DNA of 62,914 nucleotides, the filler included. It is 5 parts of 5 records of this genome, joined end to end, with 100 filler letters (N's around TTAATTAATTAA, not from the genome) between each part and the next. Parts side by side here need not be neighbours in the genome. Positions count along the whole stretch, not along the records: positions 1 to 31,447 come from SRR31156797_4284; positions 31,548 to 38,890 come from SRR31156797_4303; 3 more parts are not named here. One strand, 5' to 3'. The position numbers and the translations under genes are program-made. The notes beneath the pieces are model-generated. The model worked only from the letters and a program-made list of their open reading frames with translations. It was not told where the DNA came from and ran no database searches. Below are positions 28,847 to 38,563 of the stretch, in pieces. Numbering within the stretch: position 1 is the stretch's first letter; the number at the start of each line of letters is the position of its first letter.

Positions 28847-29638
28847 CTAATTATACTGCTGTCCGTTACTATCCGGATTATTCAGATCAATCCAAAATAT
28901 ATGTACGGGCTCTGTCTCTTCCCTTTGTCCATTCTTGTTTTCATCCAATTGAGCATATACATACATTCTATCATTGGCATAATCATATTGCGAACTAATA
29001 ACTGAATAGTTTTCTGGAACCAGGTTAGCTATACGATTACCATCCAGATCGAATAAGTAAAATCGTCTTAAATCCTTTTGTGATATGTATGCATCATTAT
29101 TGGTATCCTCATCATAAACTGAAACCAGGTAATAGTTTCTTTTAACAGGTTTCTGGTTTAAAGTATCCTTGGAAATGGATGGAATATAAAGTGTTTTAAT
29201 CAGTACAAACTTATCAAACAGCAACTTTTGTTTTTGCGATTGCACATCCTTTAGAGCAACATTCACCATATTGTAACCATACACAGCATTCAAACCCGGC
29301 ATAAAATTATAATGCCATTGGTTACCCTGGGTATATCCTATTTCGGAATAGTTTCGGTAGTAATAATTACTACCAGTAAAGTAATGCTCATCGCTTTTAT
29401 TAAAATTCAATTTATAAATAGGGGTCAAGCGATACTCTGGAAAGGCACTTAAAAGAACACTTCCTGGTCTGGTTTTTATAGAAATAGAATCCTGGTAAAT
29501 ACCATGAATATCTTCTTTACTCACGCTTTGTGTTTCCGGACTTACAGGAAATCCTTTGTCAAAACTTTGCTGCCCGGAACAACCTGACATTAGTAATATC
29601 GATATACAAAATAGTAATACAATAGTAACGGTCTTCAT
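28847..29638 (-). CDS. Hypothetical lipoprotein with two DxNxD/N (Ca-binding-like) loops
   Basis: LLMSGC lipobox; DTNNDAYI and DENKNGQR loops. Confidence 0.7.
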   Translation of the reverse strand: MKTVTIVLLFCISILLMSGCSGQQSFDKGFPVSPETQSVSKEDIHGIYQDSISIKTRPGSVLLSAFPEYRLTPIYKLNFNKSDEHYFTGSNYYYRNYSEIGYTQGNQWHYNFMPGLNAVYGYNMVNVALKDVQSQKQKLLFDKFVLIKTLYIPSISKDTLNQKPVKRNYYLVSVYDEDTNNDAYISQKDLRRFYLFDLDGNRIANLVPENYSVISSQYDYANDRMYVYAQLDENKNGQREETEPVHIFWIDLNNPDSNGQQYN

Positions 29639-29712
29639 ATTTCTTATTTTAATTAAATGATACATCTGTTCAATTAATGTATCCTCATCAAATACTTAAT
29701 CTCTATAACTCG

Positions 29713-30258
29713 CTACTTATACCTGGTCATAATAACATTGTCAATATAATCGCCCGATATGGTTTTGATAAACCTGCGTTGTATTCCAGTAGTTTCAAAA
29801 CCCATGTTTGTATACAACTTCAGTCCTCTTTGATTATTACTAAAAGCTTGCAACCACAAAGATTCTATCTCCGCATTCTTATCTGCCCAATCCAGCACTA
29901 CTTTTAACAAGGATGTACCTAATCGTTTTCCCTGCCAATCGGCATGAATACCCATACCAATATACCCCACATGTTTTAGCATTTCTCGTCCATTGGTCAT
30001 CAGGTCAACATTGCCAATTATTTCACCTTTACATTCTGCAACCAACAATAAATCATTCTGGCCATTCTTAAACTTTTGAATCCATTCTTTATGACCTTTG
30101 GTCGTCTCTCCAAATTCATTTTCCGTTAATGGAATTAGACCACTCTTTAGGTATGACTTTACACAGGCTTGCAAGCTTTCCGAATCAGATACTTCTCCTT
30201 CTCTGATGGTAATCTCATTTCCTAGTTGGTCTTTTATTATTTGAGGTTCTATTTTCAT
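29713..30258 (-). CDS. GNAT family N-acetyltransferase
   Basis: GMGIHADWQGKRLGTSLL acetyl-CoA loop; NQRGLKLYTNMGFETTG. Confidence 0.9.
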   Translation of the reverse strand: MKIEPQIIKDQLGNEITIREGEVSDSESLQACVKSYLKSGLIPLTENEFGETTKGHKEWIQKFKNGQNDLLLVAECKGEIIGNVDLMTNGREMLKHVGYIGMGIHADWQGKRLGTSLLKVVLDWADKNAEIESLWLQAFSNNQRGLKLYTNMGFETTGIQRRFIKTISGDYIDNVIMTRYK

Positions 30259-30332
30259 TATTTGGTTTAGATTTTTCTTATCCTGGTGAATCGTCTCGTG
30301 ATATAAATGAATGACTTAATTCATCTGTTACT

Positions 30333-31253
30333 CTACACGCCTAAATTTGGTAGTATAAATGATTTGGTGTTAGGATGCAGCTTTATCCACAAGCCAGGGT
30401 TCGCATTTAATTGCTGTATAGCTTCTTCTTTATCTGAACTTAATTGTGTACTCAGTACCTTGGCATAAGTCTTTACTTTTGCAGGAGCTGAATCTGCATC
30501 AACTACTGACTGCACTACCTTTTTGGCTTGCAATATAGCTGCCGGTCCAAGCGTTAGTATATACTTTGCCGAACGACATTCTTTCTCATCGCTTTCATCA
30601 ACTACACTTCCTCCTGCTTTAAACTTACTGATATGATGCTCCAATATACTACTTGAAATAGGTATAATACCTGCCACATGACTATGTTGTGCACCTGAAA
30701 AAGGTTTGATATAAGCCAGGTGCGAAGCTTCATTTTCTTCCGGACCATGACCAATAAAAAATATATCCAACCCACCTAATGATTCCTGCTTAGTCAGGTA
30801 TTCAATTAGAGCCGACTCTAAATCATCGGTATCGGTTTGCATAGGTGTAAAGCTTTTAATCTTCTTAAAAAAGGCATCTCCCAAAATGCGCTCAAAATCC
30901 CTTACAAAGCTAAAACCATTACTCATGCTCATAGGCGCCAATGCATCTTGCGTAAATACATTTAGCCTGGCCAACAAAGCATCTTGCTCTCCTGACTTAG
31001 CTAACTCTCCCAGCAAACGATGCAACTCCTGTGCTCCTCTTCCGCCCAACAGTGCTATATTAATATCTCCTTCTTTCGAAGCGGCTGTACTATAAAGCTC
31101 ATCTAACATGGCCTTACCTACCTCTGCTTCTGTAGGCAGTACGGTAGGTTTTACACCATAATCAATTATATTAAGTTCATGATCTCCTGTTTGAGACAAC
31201 CATATATTATTATTGTCCTCGTATCTTTCAAATTGTGTAGAATTCTCTCTCAT
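30333..31253 (-). CDS. Divergent NagB/6-phosphogluconolactonase-fold protein
   Basis: IALLGGRG, VFTQD, GGLDIFFIGHG...HLAY, LTLGPAAILQAKKV follow the order of NagB/6PGL blocks. Confidence 0.6.
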   Translation of the reverse strand: MRENSTQFERYEDNNNIWLSQTGDHELNIIDYGVKPTVLPTEAEVGKAMLDELYSTAASKEGDINIALLGGRGAQELHRLLGELAKSGEQDALLARLNVFTQDALAPMSMSNGFSFVRDFERILGDAFFKKIKSFTPMQTDTDDLESALIEYLTKQESLGGLDIFFIGHGPEENEASHLAYIKPFSGAQHSHVAGIIPISSSILEHHISKFKAGGSVVDESDEKECRSAKYILTLGPAAILQAKKVVQSVVDADSAPAKVKTYAKVLSTQLSSDKEEAIQQLNANPGLWIKLHPNTKSFILPNLGV

Positions 31254-31447
31254 TATAATAGTTATTTAGCTGTTATACTCTTATCAAAGTAATAACGACA
31301 AGAATCGCTTATATGTGGAAGCGTAAATTAATGGGTGCCAAAAATAACTTTATTAAAGAAAAACACCATAAGATGTATCTTAATTATTTGTTATTGAGTG
31401 CAGAAAGCTTAGCCTTACGACGTAGCAAGATGCTACGCCGAGCATTA

Positions 31448-31547
31448 NNNNNNNNNNNNNNNNNNNNNNNNNNNNNNNNNNNNNNNNNNNNTTAATTAAT
31501 TAANNNNNNNNNNNNNNNNNNNNNNNNNNNNNNNNNNNNNNNNNNNN
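31448..31547. other. Artificial contig spacer
   Basis: 44 N + TTAATTAATTAA (stops in all frames) + 44 N; composition changes across it. Confidence 0.98.
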
Positions 31548-31833
31548 ACAAGGTGGAGATATGGTTAGAACAGGTGGTATTTCTTATAGAATTAATCCAA
31601 CTGCAAAAATGGGTGAAAGAATTTCTGACATTACACTTACTAAAAATGGACATAAACTTGAAGCTAACAAGTCTTATAAAGTTGCAGGTTGGTCTACTGT
31701 TGGTTCTAAAGCTCCAGGTGAACCAGTATGGGAAACTGTAGAGACTTACTTACAAAATGTTAAGCATATTGCAAACCTTAAAATTGATACTCCAGATATT
31801 GTTGGAATCAAAGGAAACCCTGGAATTATTTAA
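31548..31833 (+). CDS. soxB: Thiosulfohydrolase SoxB, C-terminal fragment
   Basis: QGGDMVRTGG...YKVAGW...GEPVWETVETYL...GNPG matches the SoxB C-terminus; followed by sulfur-metabolism genes. Confidence 0.88.
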
Positions 31834-31848
31834 TAGTTTCAGAATGAT

Positions 31849-31919
31849 AAAACATAAAGAAATATTTCTTTATGTTTTTGATTTATAAAGTATTTAAGAA
31901 AGTATTTTATAAATCAAAA
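31849..31919. repeat. Two tandem AT-rich inverted repeats after soxB
   Basis: 30-bp perfect palindrome at 31849-31878; 14-bp arms at 31876-31889 and 31906-31919. Confidence 0.75.
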
Positions 31920-31931
31920 GAAGGACAAAAG

Positions 31932-32732
31932 ATGATTAAAAAGGCGTTTATAGTTCTATTTGCCTGTTTTATATCTACAAATTTATTTGCAGACTTTCAA
32001 GAGGCTAAAAAACTTTTTGAACAAAAATGTGCTCAATGTCATAAAGGGTATATCTCATTTAAAAAACTAAAAGAGAACTTTTATGAAAGAAATAATCAAT
32101 TATTAAAACTAGAAACTCCAACAGAGAATATGCTTGCTTGGGCAATGATGGATAGTAGTAGAAAAATTGGTGACCCAAATGACGAAGATATGAGATCAAT
32201 AGAGATTGAAGAGTATTTAAAAAACTATTTAGAAAAACCAGATAGAAATAATAGTATTTGCGATCAGACTGCTTTAAAGTATTATAAAAAGAAAGAGCCA
32301 ATAAAAATAACAGATGAAGAAGCTGAACTTTTAGCTCAATATTTTATGGGATACAAAGAAGATAGACTTAAGAATATGCCAAAAGCAAATAAGATTCTAA
32401 CTTCAAACTATGATGAAAAAGAGATTTTAAAAGAAGCGCAAACAGAAGGAAAACATATTATTGTTTATGCTACTTCTAAAACTTGTTACTTCTGTAAAAA
32501 AATGGAAAAAGATGTATTAAATCAGCAAGATGTTAAAGATATCATGGCAGAAGATTATATTTTCTTAAAAGTTGATGTTGATTATATAAACTTACCTTTT
32601 GGTTTAAAAAAGCATTTTAAAGGGATGACTCCTACATTTTTTGTATTAACTTCAGGTGGAGAGTTATTAAATACTTATCCTGGAGCTTGGATTAAAAGTG
32701 ATTATTTACAAATTTTAAAAGAGAATCTATAA
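31932..32732 (+). CDS. Monoheme cytochrome c fused to a SoxW-like thioredoxin domain
   Basis: Signal peptide, CAQCH, then CYFC and TPTFF thioredoxin motifs; AAGGA RBS before 31932. Confidence 0.82.
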   Translation: MIKKAFIVLFACFISTNLFADFQEAKKLFEQKCAQCHKGYISFKKLKENFYERNNQLLKLETPTENMLAWAMMDSSRKIGDPNDEDMRSIEIEEYLKNYLEKPDRNNSICDQTALKYYKKKEPIKITDEEAELLAQYFMGYKEDRLKNMPKANKILTSNYDEKEILKEAQTEGKHIIVYATSKTCYFCKKMEKDVLNQQDVKDIMAEDYIFLKVDVDYINLPFGLKKHFKGMTPTFFVLTSGGELLNTYPGAWIKSDYLQILKENL

Positions 32733-32735
32733 TTT

Positions 32736-33176
32736 ATGATTATTGGTAAAGTAATAGGTACCTTTAGTGCTAAAAAGGGTGATAGTGGACTTCCTAGACC
32801 AAAGGTTGATAGTTTAAAACTAATAGAGGGTTTTGGCATAGAAGAGGATAAGTTTGCTGGAAAAGACTTAGAAAAAACAGTAATGATAGTAGGGCAATAC
32901 AGTTACGATATCTCTTCAAAAGAGGGAGTTAATATCCAAGCTGGCTCTTTAGGGGAAAATATTTTATTTGATTTTAATCCACATGATTATAGTGTAGGAA
33001 CTAAGTTTAAAATAGGTGAAGCAGTTATACAAATAACTGAAAACTGTACCATATGTAATCATTTAGCAGTATTTGGTAAAAACTTACCAGAAATTGTAAA
33101 GGATTGCAGGGGTATTTATTGTACTATTATAAATAATGGAGTTATAAAAAAAGATGACTCTGTAGAGTTAATATAA
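32736..33176 (+). CDS. MOSC domain protein
   Basis: GIEEDKF, GSLGENI, IQITENCTIC, RGIYCTII. Confidence 0.85.
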   Translation: MIIGKVIGTFSAKKGDSGLPRPKVDSLKLIEGFGIEEDKFAGKDLEKTVMIVGQYSYDISSKEGVNIQAGSLGENILFDFNPHDYSVGTKFKIGEAVIQITENCTICNHLAVFGKNLPEIVKDCRGIYCTIINNGVIKKDDSVELI

Positions 33177-33186
33177 AGGATATATA

Positions 33187-33627
33187 ATGAAAAGAATTTT
33201 TATTTTAATGTTTGCATCTGCACTATTTTTATTTGCAAAATCAGAGTTTAGTGAGCCACATCCTACATTTGATGAGCCAAGAAAAGTAGCTATTCAACTT
33301 TATGATTCTGACTTGGAAAAAGTAAATCATAATCTTAGTACGATTTATAACATTTTAAAAGAGTACCCAGCAGAATCACTAAAAGTAGTTGTTATTGCCT
33401 ATGGAAATGGGGTAAGAGCTTTAAAAACAGATTATGATGCAGCTACTCTTAAAAGAATCAAGTCTTTAGTTGAGTATGATGTAGAGTTTATAGTTTGTAA
33501 AAACACTATGGAAACTATGAAGTGGACAGAAGATGATTTTATTGATGATGCAAGTTTTGTTCAAGCAGGAATTGTTGAATTAATAGAGAGACAAGTTGAT
33601 GGCTATATCGGAGTTATAGCTTACTAA
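33187..33627 (+). CDS. Periplasmic DsrE-family protein
   Basis: Signal peptide; VIAYGNG, FIVCKNTM, AGIVELIERQVDGY. Confidence 0.85.
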   Translation: MKRIFILMFASALFLFAKSEFSEPHPTFDEPRKVAIQLYDSDLEKVNHNLSTIYNILKEYPAESLKVVVIAYGNGVRALKTDYDAATLKRIKSLVEYDVEFIVCKNTMETMKWTEDDFIDDASFVQAGIVELIERQVDGYIGVIAY

Positions 33628-33647
33628 TTTCATAAAAGGAGTTTACA

Positions 33648-34439
33648 ATGTTAAAGAAGATTTTTACTACAGGATTTTTATCATTAGCTTTAGCAACAAC
33701 TGTTTATTCAGCTAATGTTAGTAAAGAGCAGTGTGAAGCAAAAGATGGAAGCTTTATTTACGCAGGAAATGAGTGTATTGAGTATAAAGCCTTTGAATCT
33801 GAAGACAATGAAGTTATTACTGTAATTGTTCATGGAACTTGGGATTTAGGAACAAATACTCTTGGTAGATATGCTCCTTTTGCAGAAACTATGAATATGA
33901 TAACAGATTTAACAACTATTGCAGTTGCTCTTCCTGGGTATTCAGATTCATCAACAAACAACTTAAAACCATTAGCAAGTAAAGAAGTTAAAAATTTAGC
34001 AGCTAAAAAAGAGTATGTTGAATTTTTAGGAGAATTAGTTTCTTCTTTAAAGCAGAAGTACAATGCGCAAAAAGTTAACTTTATCGGTCATAGTGCAGGG
34101 GCAATGATGGGTGCAACTTTAATTGGTACAAAGCCTGATTTAATTCAAAATATTGCTTTAGCTGGTGGAAGATATGATATTCATAAAGTAAGTGATGAAA
34201 AAGATTTAATCTCAATGGTTGATGTATTAGATAATATAAATAAAGATACTAAAATCTTATTTATTTATGGAACTGAAGATAAAATTTCAAAACCAGAAGT
34301 TACTACAAGTTTTTATGAAATAGCTAAAAATAAAGGCTTAAATGTAAAACTAGTAAAAGTAGAAGGTGCAGCTCATATTGATTTAGATATGACAGATACT
34401 GCTACAGAAGCTACTGTAGAGATGTTTGAAGAGGAATAA
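33648..34439 (+). CDS. Secreted alpha/beta hydrolase
   Basis: VHG, PGY, GHSAG nucleophile elbow, YGTEDK, GAAH. Confidence 0.85.
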   Translation: MLKKIFTTGFLSLALATTVYSANVSKEQCEAKDGSFIYAGNECIEYKAFESEDNEVITVIVHGTWDLGTNTLGRYAPFAETMNMITDLTTIAVALPGYSDSSTNNLKPLASKEVKNLAAKKEYVEFLGELVSSLKQKYNAQKVNFIGHSAGAMMGATLIGTKPDLIQNIALAGGRYDIHKVSDEKDLISMVDVLDNINKDTKILFIYGTEDKISKPEVTTSFYEIAKNKGLNVKLVKVEGAAHIDLDMTDTATEATVEMFEEE

Positions 34440-35363
34440 TTACTCCTCTTCATAAAACTCTAGTTCATTGTATGCATCAAATACATTTCTAGAGTTTAAC
34501 TCTTCATATAAAGCTTTATCTTTAAACTCTTCCATTTTAATATGTTTTGTTACCTCAGCTGAACCAATTTCTTCCTCAACAGCTTCTAAAACTCTTTGTT
34601 TTAATAGTGTAAAGTATTGTTTTGTTTCATTTATGGCATTTTTACTTGTATCATGACCGTGCCCAGGAATTAGGTTTTTATAATCCATTTTTTCCATCAT
34701 TTCAACAGCTTTAAGTTGACCAATAACTGAGCCATTTCTATTAGAAGTAATTCTTCCATTCATAACTAAATCACTAGAAAATAGTGTTTTATTTGAAGGG
34801 ATATATACAAATAAGTCATCACTAGTATGAGCTTTTTTCCCTACAGGAATAATTTGAACTTCCATATCATCAACTTTAATAGAAGTTGCTTCTTTAATCT
34901 CATGTTCTACTCTTACTATTTTTGTATTTTTAATAGCATCTTTAGGAAGCATTTTAAACATTCTTGTTTTAGAGTCTTCCTTATAGTTTTTATTTATACT
35001 TGAAGAACCAATTATTTTTGCATCAAACTTCTCTTTATAAAATGAAGCACCTAACCAGTGGTCATCATGTTCATGTGTTAAAAAAACTGTTTTAACTGGA
35101 AGTTTTTTTATCTCACTCATTTTTTCATATGCTTGTTTTGCTAATTCATAAGTAGCTCCTGCATCTACTAAAAGGTAGCTTTTCCCAGTACTTACAAAAC
35201 AGTGATTTGACATAAATCCACCATTGTGTTTTGAAGGTGCTTCAAGTTTTCCTAAAAAACACCATGTATTATCATTGATTTTTTTTGGTTCAAGCTTATA
35301 ATCAAATGCAAAAACTGATGTACTTAAGCCTAAAGCAACGATACTTGAAATAATCTTTTTCAT
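34440..35363 (-). CDS. SoxH-like metallo-beta-lactamase-fold hydrolase
   Basis: Signal peptide; NGGFMSN, THEHDDH, AHT, IPGHG; sox context. Confidence 0.8.
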   Translation of the reverse strand: MKKIISSIVALGLSTSVFAFDYKLEPKKINDNTWCFLGKLEAPSKHNGGFMSNHCFVSTGKSYLLVDAGATYELAKQAYEKMSEIKKLPVKTVFLTHEHDDHWLGASFYKEKFDAKIIGSSSINKNYKEDSKTRMFKMLPKDAIKNTKIVRVEHEIKEATSIKVDDMEVQIIPVGKKAHTSDDLFVYIPSNKTLFSSDLVMNGRITSNRNGSVIGQLKAVEMMEKMDYKNLIPGHGHDTSKNAINETKQYFTLLKQRVLEAVEEEIGSAEVTKHIKMEEFKDKALYEELNSRNVFDAYNELEFYEEE

Positions 35364-35472
35364 CTTTATCCTTATTTGTTTTTCTTATATTTCTTCATGA
35401 AGTATTTTAGTAAATCTAAGGTATAATTAGCATTAATATTGTAATATAATCAACAAATTTTTAGGAATATTT

Positions 35473-36633
35473 ATGGATAAAAAAAGACAAATGAATTTCA
35501 ATCTAAATAATTTTTTATTGTCACTATCAAATGCATTTGATGAAGTAGAATCAAGATATTTTAATACTAGTAAAAACCACTCTAAAAGAGTTGCCTATTT
35601 AAGTTTAAAGTTTGCCTTAGAGTTTAACTATAAACAAGATGCTTTATTTGATATTTGTGCTTACTCTTTGATGCATAACATAGCTTTATCACAAGCAAAA
35701 GAGGATAAAGAAAAGTTTTGTAACTTGGCAAATGAATACGCGATGAAACTTCCTTTTGATTTTAAAGAGCAAATAGATGTTTTAAAGTATCAGTATGAAA
35801 GTTTTGATGGAAGTGGACCTTTTAATCTAAAAGAGTATGATATTCCATTATTCTCACAGTTTATTTACTTTGCAAAGCATATAGATACAAAATTTGATTT
35901 AAGTAAAAACTCTGTAGAAAATAGAACTAAAATTCTAGCTTATATAAAAGATAAAGAGAATATACTTTTTTCAAGTGATTTAGTTGAGTGTTTCGAAGAG
36001 TTTACTCAAACTCAAAGTTTCTGGCTTGACTTACAAAACGAAAATGAGTTACTTACTTTTATTTTTTCTACACTACAAGACAAAACTATAGTTTTAGATT
36101 TTGAAAAGCTTTTAGAGATTACTTCTATCTTTACACTATTTACTAATGAAAACTTAAATATCATAGAAAATGCTTCTAGGGTTGCAGAATTTTATAACTT
36201 TGAACACAAAGATAAACAGACATTTATGATTGCAGCTTCTTTATGTAATATTGGAAAACTTTATATTGATGAAAAAATACTAAATAAGCAAAACTCTTTA
36301 GATGATAATGAATATGAAGAAATAAAAGCCTATCCATACTATACAAAAAAGGTTTTATCAAATATCATTGGGTTTAATGATATTTGTTCATACGCTTATA
36401 AGGTACAAGAACAAATTGATGCAAAAGGATATCCTTTTAGTTTAGAAGCTAAGGATTTAAGTCTAAAAGATAGAAGTCTAGCTTTAGTTAATATATATAC
36501 TGCATTAACAAGTAATAAACCATATAGAAAAGCTTATACTAAAAAAGAAGCTTTTGATATCTTAGAGCAAATGGCAAAAGAGAATAGGGTAGATGAAACT
36601 ATTGTCAATGATTTTAAAGAGATTTTTAAATAG
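35473..36633 (+). CDS. Tandem HD-GYP-like protein with degenerate metal ligands
   Basis: HSKRVAY, MHNIAL, FDGSGPF; LCNIGK, KGYPF, YTALTSNKPYRK. Confidence 0.8.
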   Translation: MDKKRQMNFNLNNFLLSLSNAFDEVESRYFNTSKNHSKRVAYLSLKFALEFNYKQDALFDICAYSLMHNIALSQAKEDKEKFCNLANEYAMKLPFDFKEQIDVLKYQYESFDGSGPFNLKEYDIPLFSQFIYFAKHIDTKFDLSKNSVENRTKILAYIKDKENILFSSDLVECFEEFTQTQSFWLDLQNENELLTFIFSTLQDKTIVLDFEKLLEITSIFTLFTNENLNIIENASRVAEFYNFEHKDKQTFMIAASLCNIGKLYIDEKILNKQNSLDDNEYEEIKAYPYYTKKVLSNIIGFNDICSYAYKVQEQIDAKGYPFSLEAKDLSLKDRSLALVNIYTALTSNKPYRKAYTKKEAFDILEQMAKENRVDETIVNDFKEIFK

Positions 36634-36653
36634 TAAATCAAATTAATGATTTA

Positions 36654-37334
36654 CTATTCTGAAGTTGTTGTTAGATTTAACATTTTCCAAGAATACATTC
36701 CACCTCTATACCAAGAGATTTTTTCTTCTGGATAACCAATTTTTATAAGGTTTTCAATGGCAAAAGTTGATTGTGGACACCATACTCCATTACAAAACAG
36801 AACTAACTCTTTAGCCTGTGTGAAATCATATTTTCCTTTTGATACTTCTTTAACTCCAATCATATCAAGAACATCATAGAAGTCATCAGGATATTTGTCT
36901 TTATTAAAGTAAGTAAATGGAATATTTTCAGCAGTTGGTATACTCATTTGTAAGAACCAATCAGGAAGCCTTGCATCAATTAATAGCATATCATCTCTTT
37001 CTTGAGACTCTTTTATGAAGTTAATAACTTCTATTTCTCCAAGAGTTTGGATTTTGTCTGTTATTTTCATAGGAGTGATTTTTCCTACAGTAGTAACAAA
37101 CTTCTTAACGCATTTTGAAGATAGTCCTTCTTTTGCATAGTCTCCTGACCAAATATTTTTAGGATCAGCTCCATTTATTTGTCTACACTCTTCATCATGT
37201 ATTCTTTTTATATTGTATGTTTTTTCATCATACTTAACTTCTACACCATCACCTCTTAGGTTTAACTCACTTGCATTTACTACTAAAGTTAGTAATGAAG
37301 TAGCTAGGGCTATTTTTAATGTGTATTTTAACAT
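36654..37334 (-). CDS. Periplasmic rhodanese-like protein
   Basis: Signal peptide; LIDAR, SIPTAENIP, FCNGVWCPQS, WYRGGM. Confidence 0.88.
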   Translation of the reverse strand: MLKYTLKIALATSLLTLVVNASELNLRGDGVEVKYDEKTYNIKRIHDEECRQINGADPKNIWSGDYAKEGLSSKCVKKFVTTVGKITPMKITDKIQTLGEIEVINFIKESQERDDMLLIDARLPDWFLQMSIPTAENIPFTYFNKDKYPDDFYDVLDMIGVKEVSKGKYDFTQAKELVLFCNGVWCPQSTFAIENLIKIGYPEEKISWYRGGMYSWKMLNLTTTSE

Positions 37335-37466
37335 TTCAACTCCTTTTTGTTTATTAGAAAATATTATAATAATTTCATATATTTAAACTTAAAAATATTT
37401 AATAATAATTTTCTTAACAAAAGCTAAGTAAATATAACATTACGTGTGGTACAATTTGAAAAAAAT

Positions 37467-38360
37467 ATGGAGAACACTATTAAATCTCAATCACAAGCTT
37501 ATAAATTTGCATTAATAGCAGTATTCCTTTGGTCAACAGTTGCTACAGCTTTTAAATTTGCATTACAATATTTATCACCTGAAGAGTTAGTATTACTCTC
37601 TTCTTTAACTTCATTAGCTGCACTGTTTTGTGTGCTAATAATAAATAAAAAACTAAATCAAGTATTACCCTATATAAAAAAGAATATAAAATTAGTTTTT
37701 ATTCTAGGACTTATTAATCCATTTTTATACTATCTAGTTTTATTTAAAGCTTATGATTATTTACCAGCTCAAGAAGCACAAGCTATAAATTATACTTGGG
37801 CTTTAATGTTAGCATTTCTTTCTGTTCCATTTTTAAAGCAGAAACTTACATTTAATGATATTGTTGCAGGGATTATCTGCTATTTTGGTGTTTTAGTTAT
37901 ATCAACAAAAGGTGAGCCTTTTTCTTTAAACTTCTCAAATATTGATGGAGTATTGTTAGCACTATTTAGTACAATTCTATGGTCTTTATATTGGATATTT
38001 AATACAAAAGCAAAAGGTGAGTCAACAGTAATGCTGTTTTCTAACTTCTTAGTTGCTACACCAGTTATAATAATATACTTCCTTTTAACACAACCTCTTA
38101 ATGTTCCTAATTCAAGTGGAGTATTAGCAGCAGTTTATGTAGGATTGTTTGAAATGGGTATTACTTTTCTATTTTGGTTAAAAGCAATGCAAAATGCCCA
38201 GAATACTTCAAAGATTGCAAACCTAATTTTTATCTCTCCTTTTATGTCCTTAATCTTTATATATTTCATTCTAAATGAAAAGATTTTTATCTCTACTTTA
38301 GTAGGTTTAGCATTCATCATTATTGGACTACTAATTCAGCAAAAAAAAGCCAAAGAATAG
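37467..38360 (+). CDS. DMT/EamA family transporter
   Basis: ~10 TM segments; LWSTVATAFK, LPAQEAQAINYTW, NLIFISP. Confidence 0.88.
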   Translation: MENTIKSQSQAYKFALIAVFLWSTVATAFKFALQYLSPEELVLLSSLTSLAALFCVLIINKKLNQVLPYIKKNIKLVFILGLINPFLYYLVLFKAYDYLPAQEAQAINYTWALMLAFLSVPFLKQKLTFNDIVAGIICYFGVLVISTKGEPFSLNFSNIDGVLLALFSTILWSLYWIFNTKAKGESTVMLFSNFLVATPVIIIYFLLTQPLNVPNSSGVLAAVYVGLFEMGITFLFWLKAMQNAQNTSKIANLIFISPFMSLIFIYFILNEKIFISTLVGLAFIIIGLLIQQKKAKE

Positions 38361-38563
38361 CAATAAAATAGCATTTTAAGAAAATTACAATAAAATGATA
38401 TATTAGTTATAATAAATGGTCTTTTTTTAAGTCTTAATTTATTTTTACTGTGAAATAATGAATAGTTTTCAAAAGTCATTACTTTTAGTACTACTAAAAA
38501 AACATTAGAAATATTGTTTGGATTTAGACTAGAAAAAGATTTAATTTAAGGAAAGGGGATTAG

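Noticed and set aside
31313..31447. Plus-strand ORF running into the spacer
   Set aside because: No recognisable motif. The minus strand may hold the last 20 codons of a truncated gene (NARRSILLRRKAKLSALNNK*), which is too short to call.
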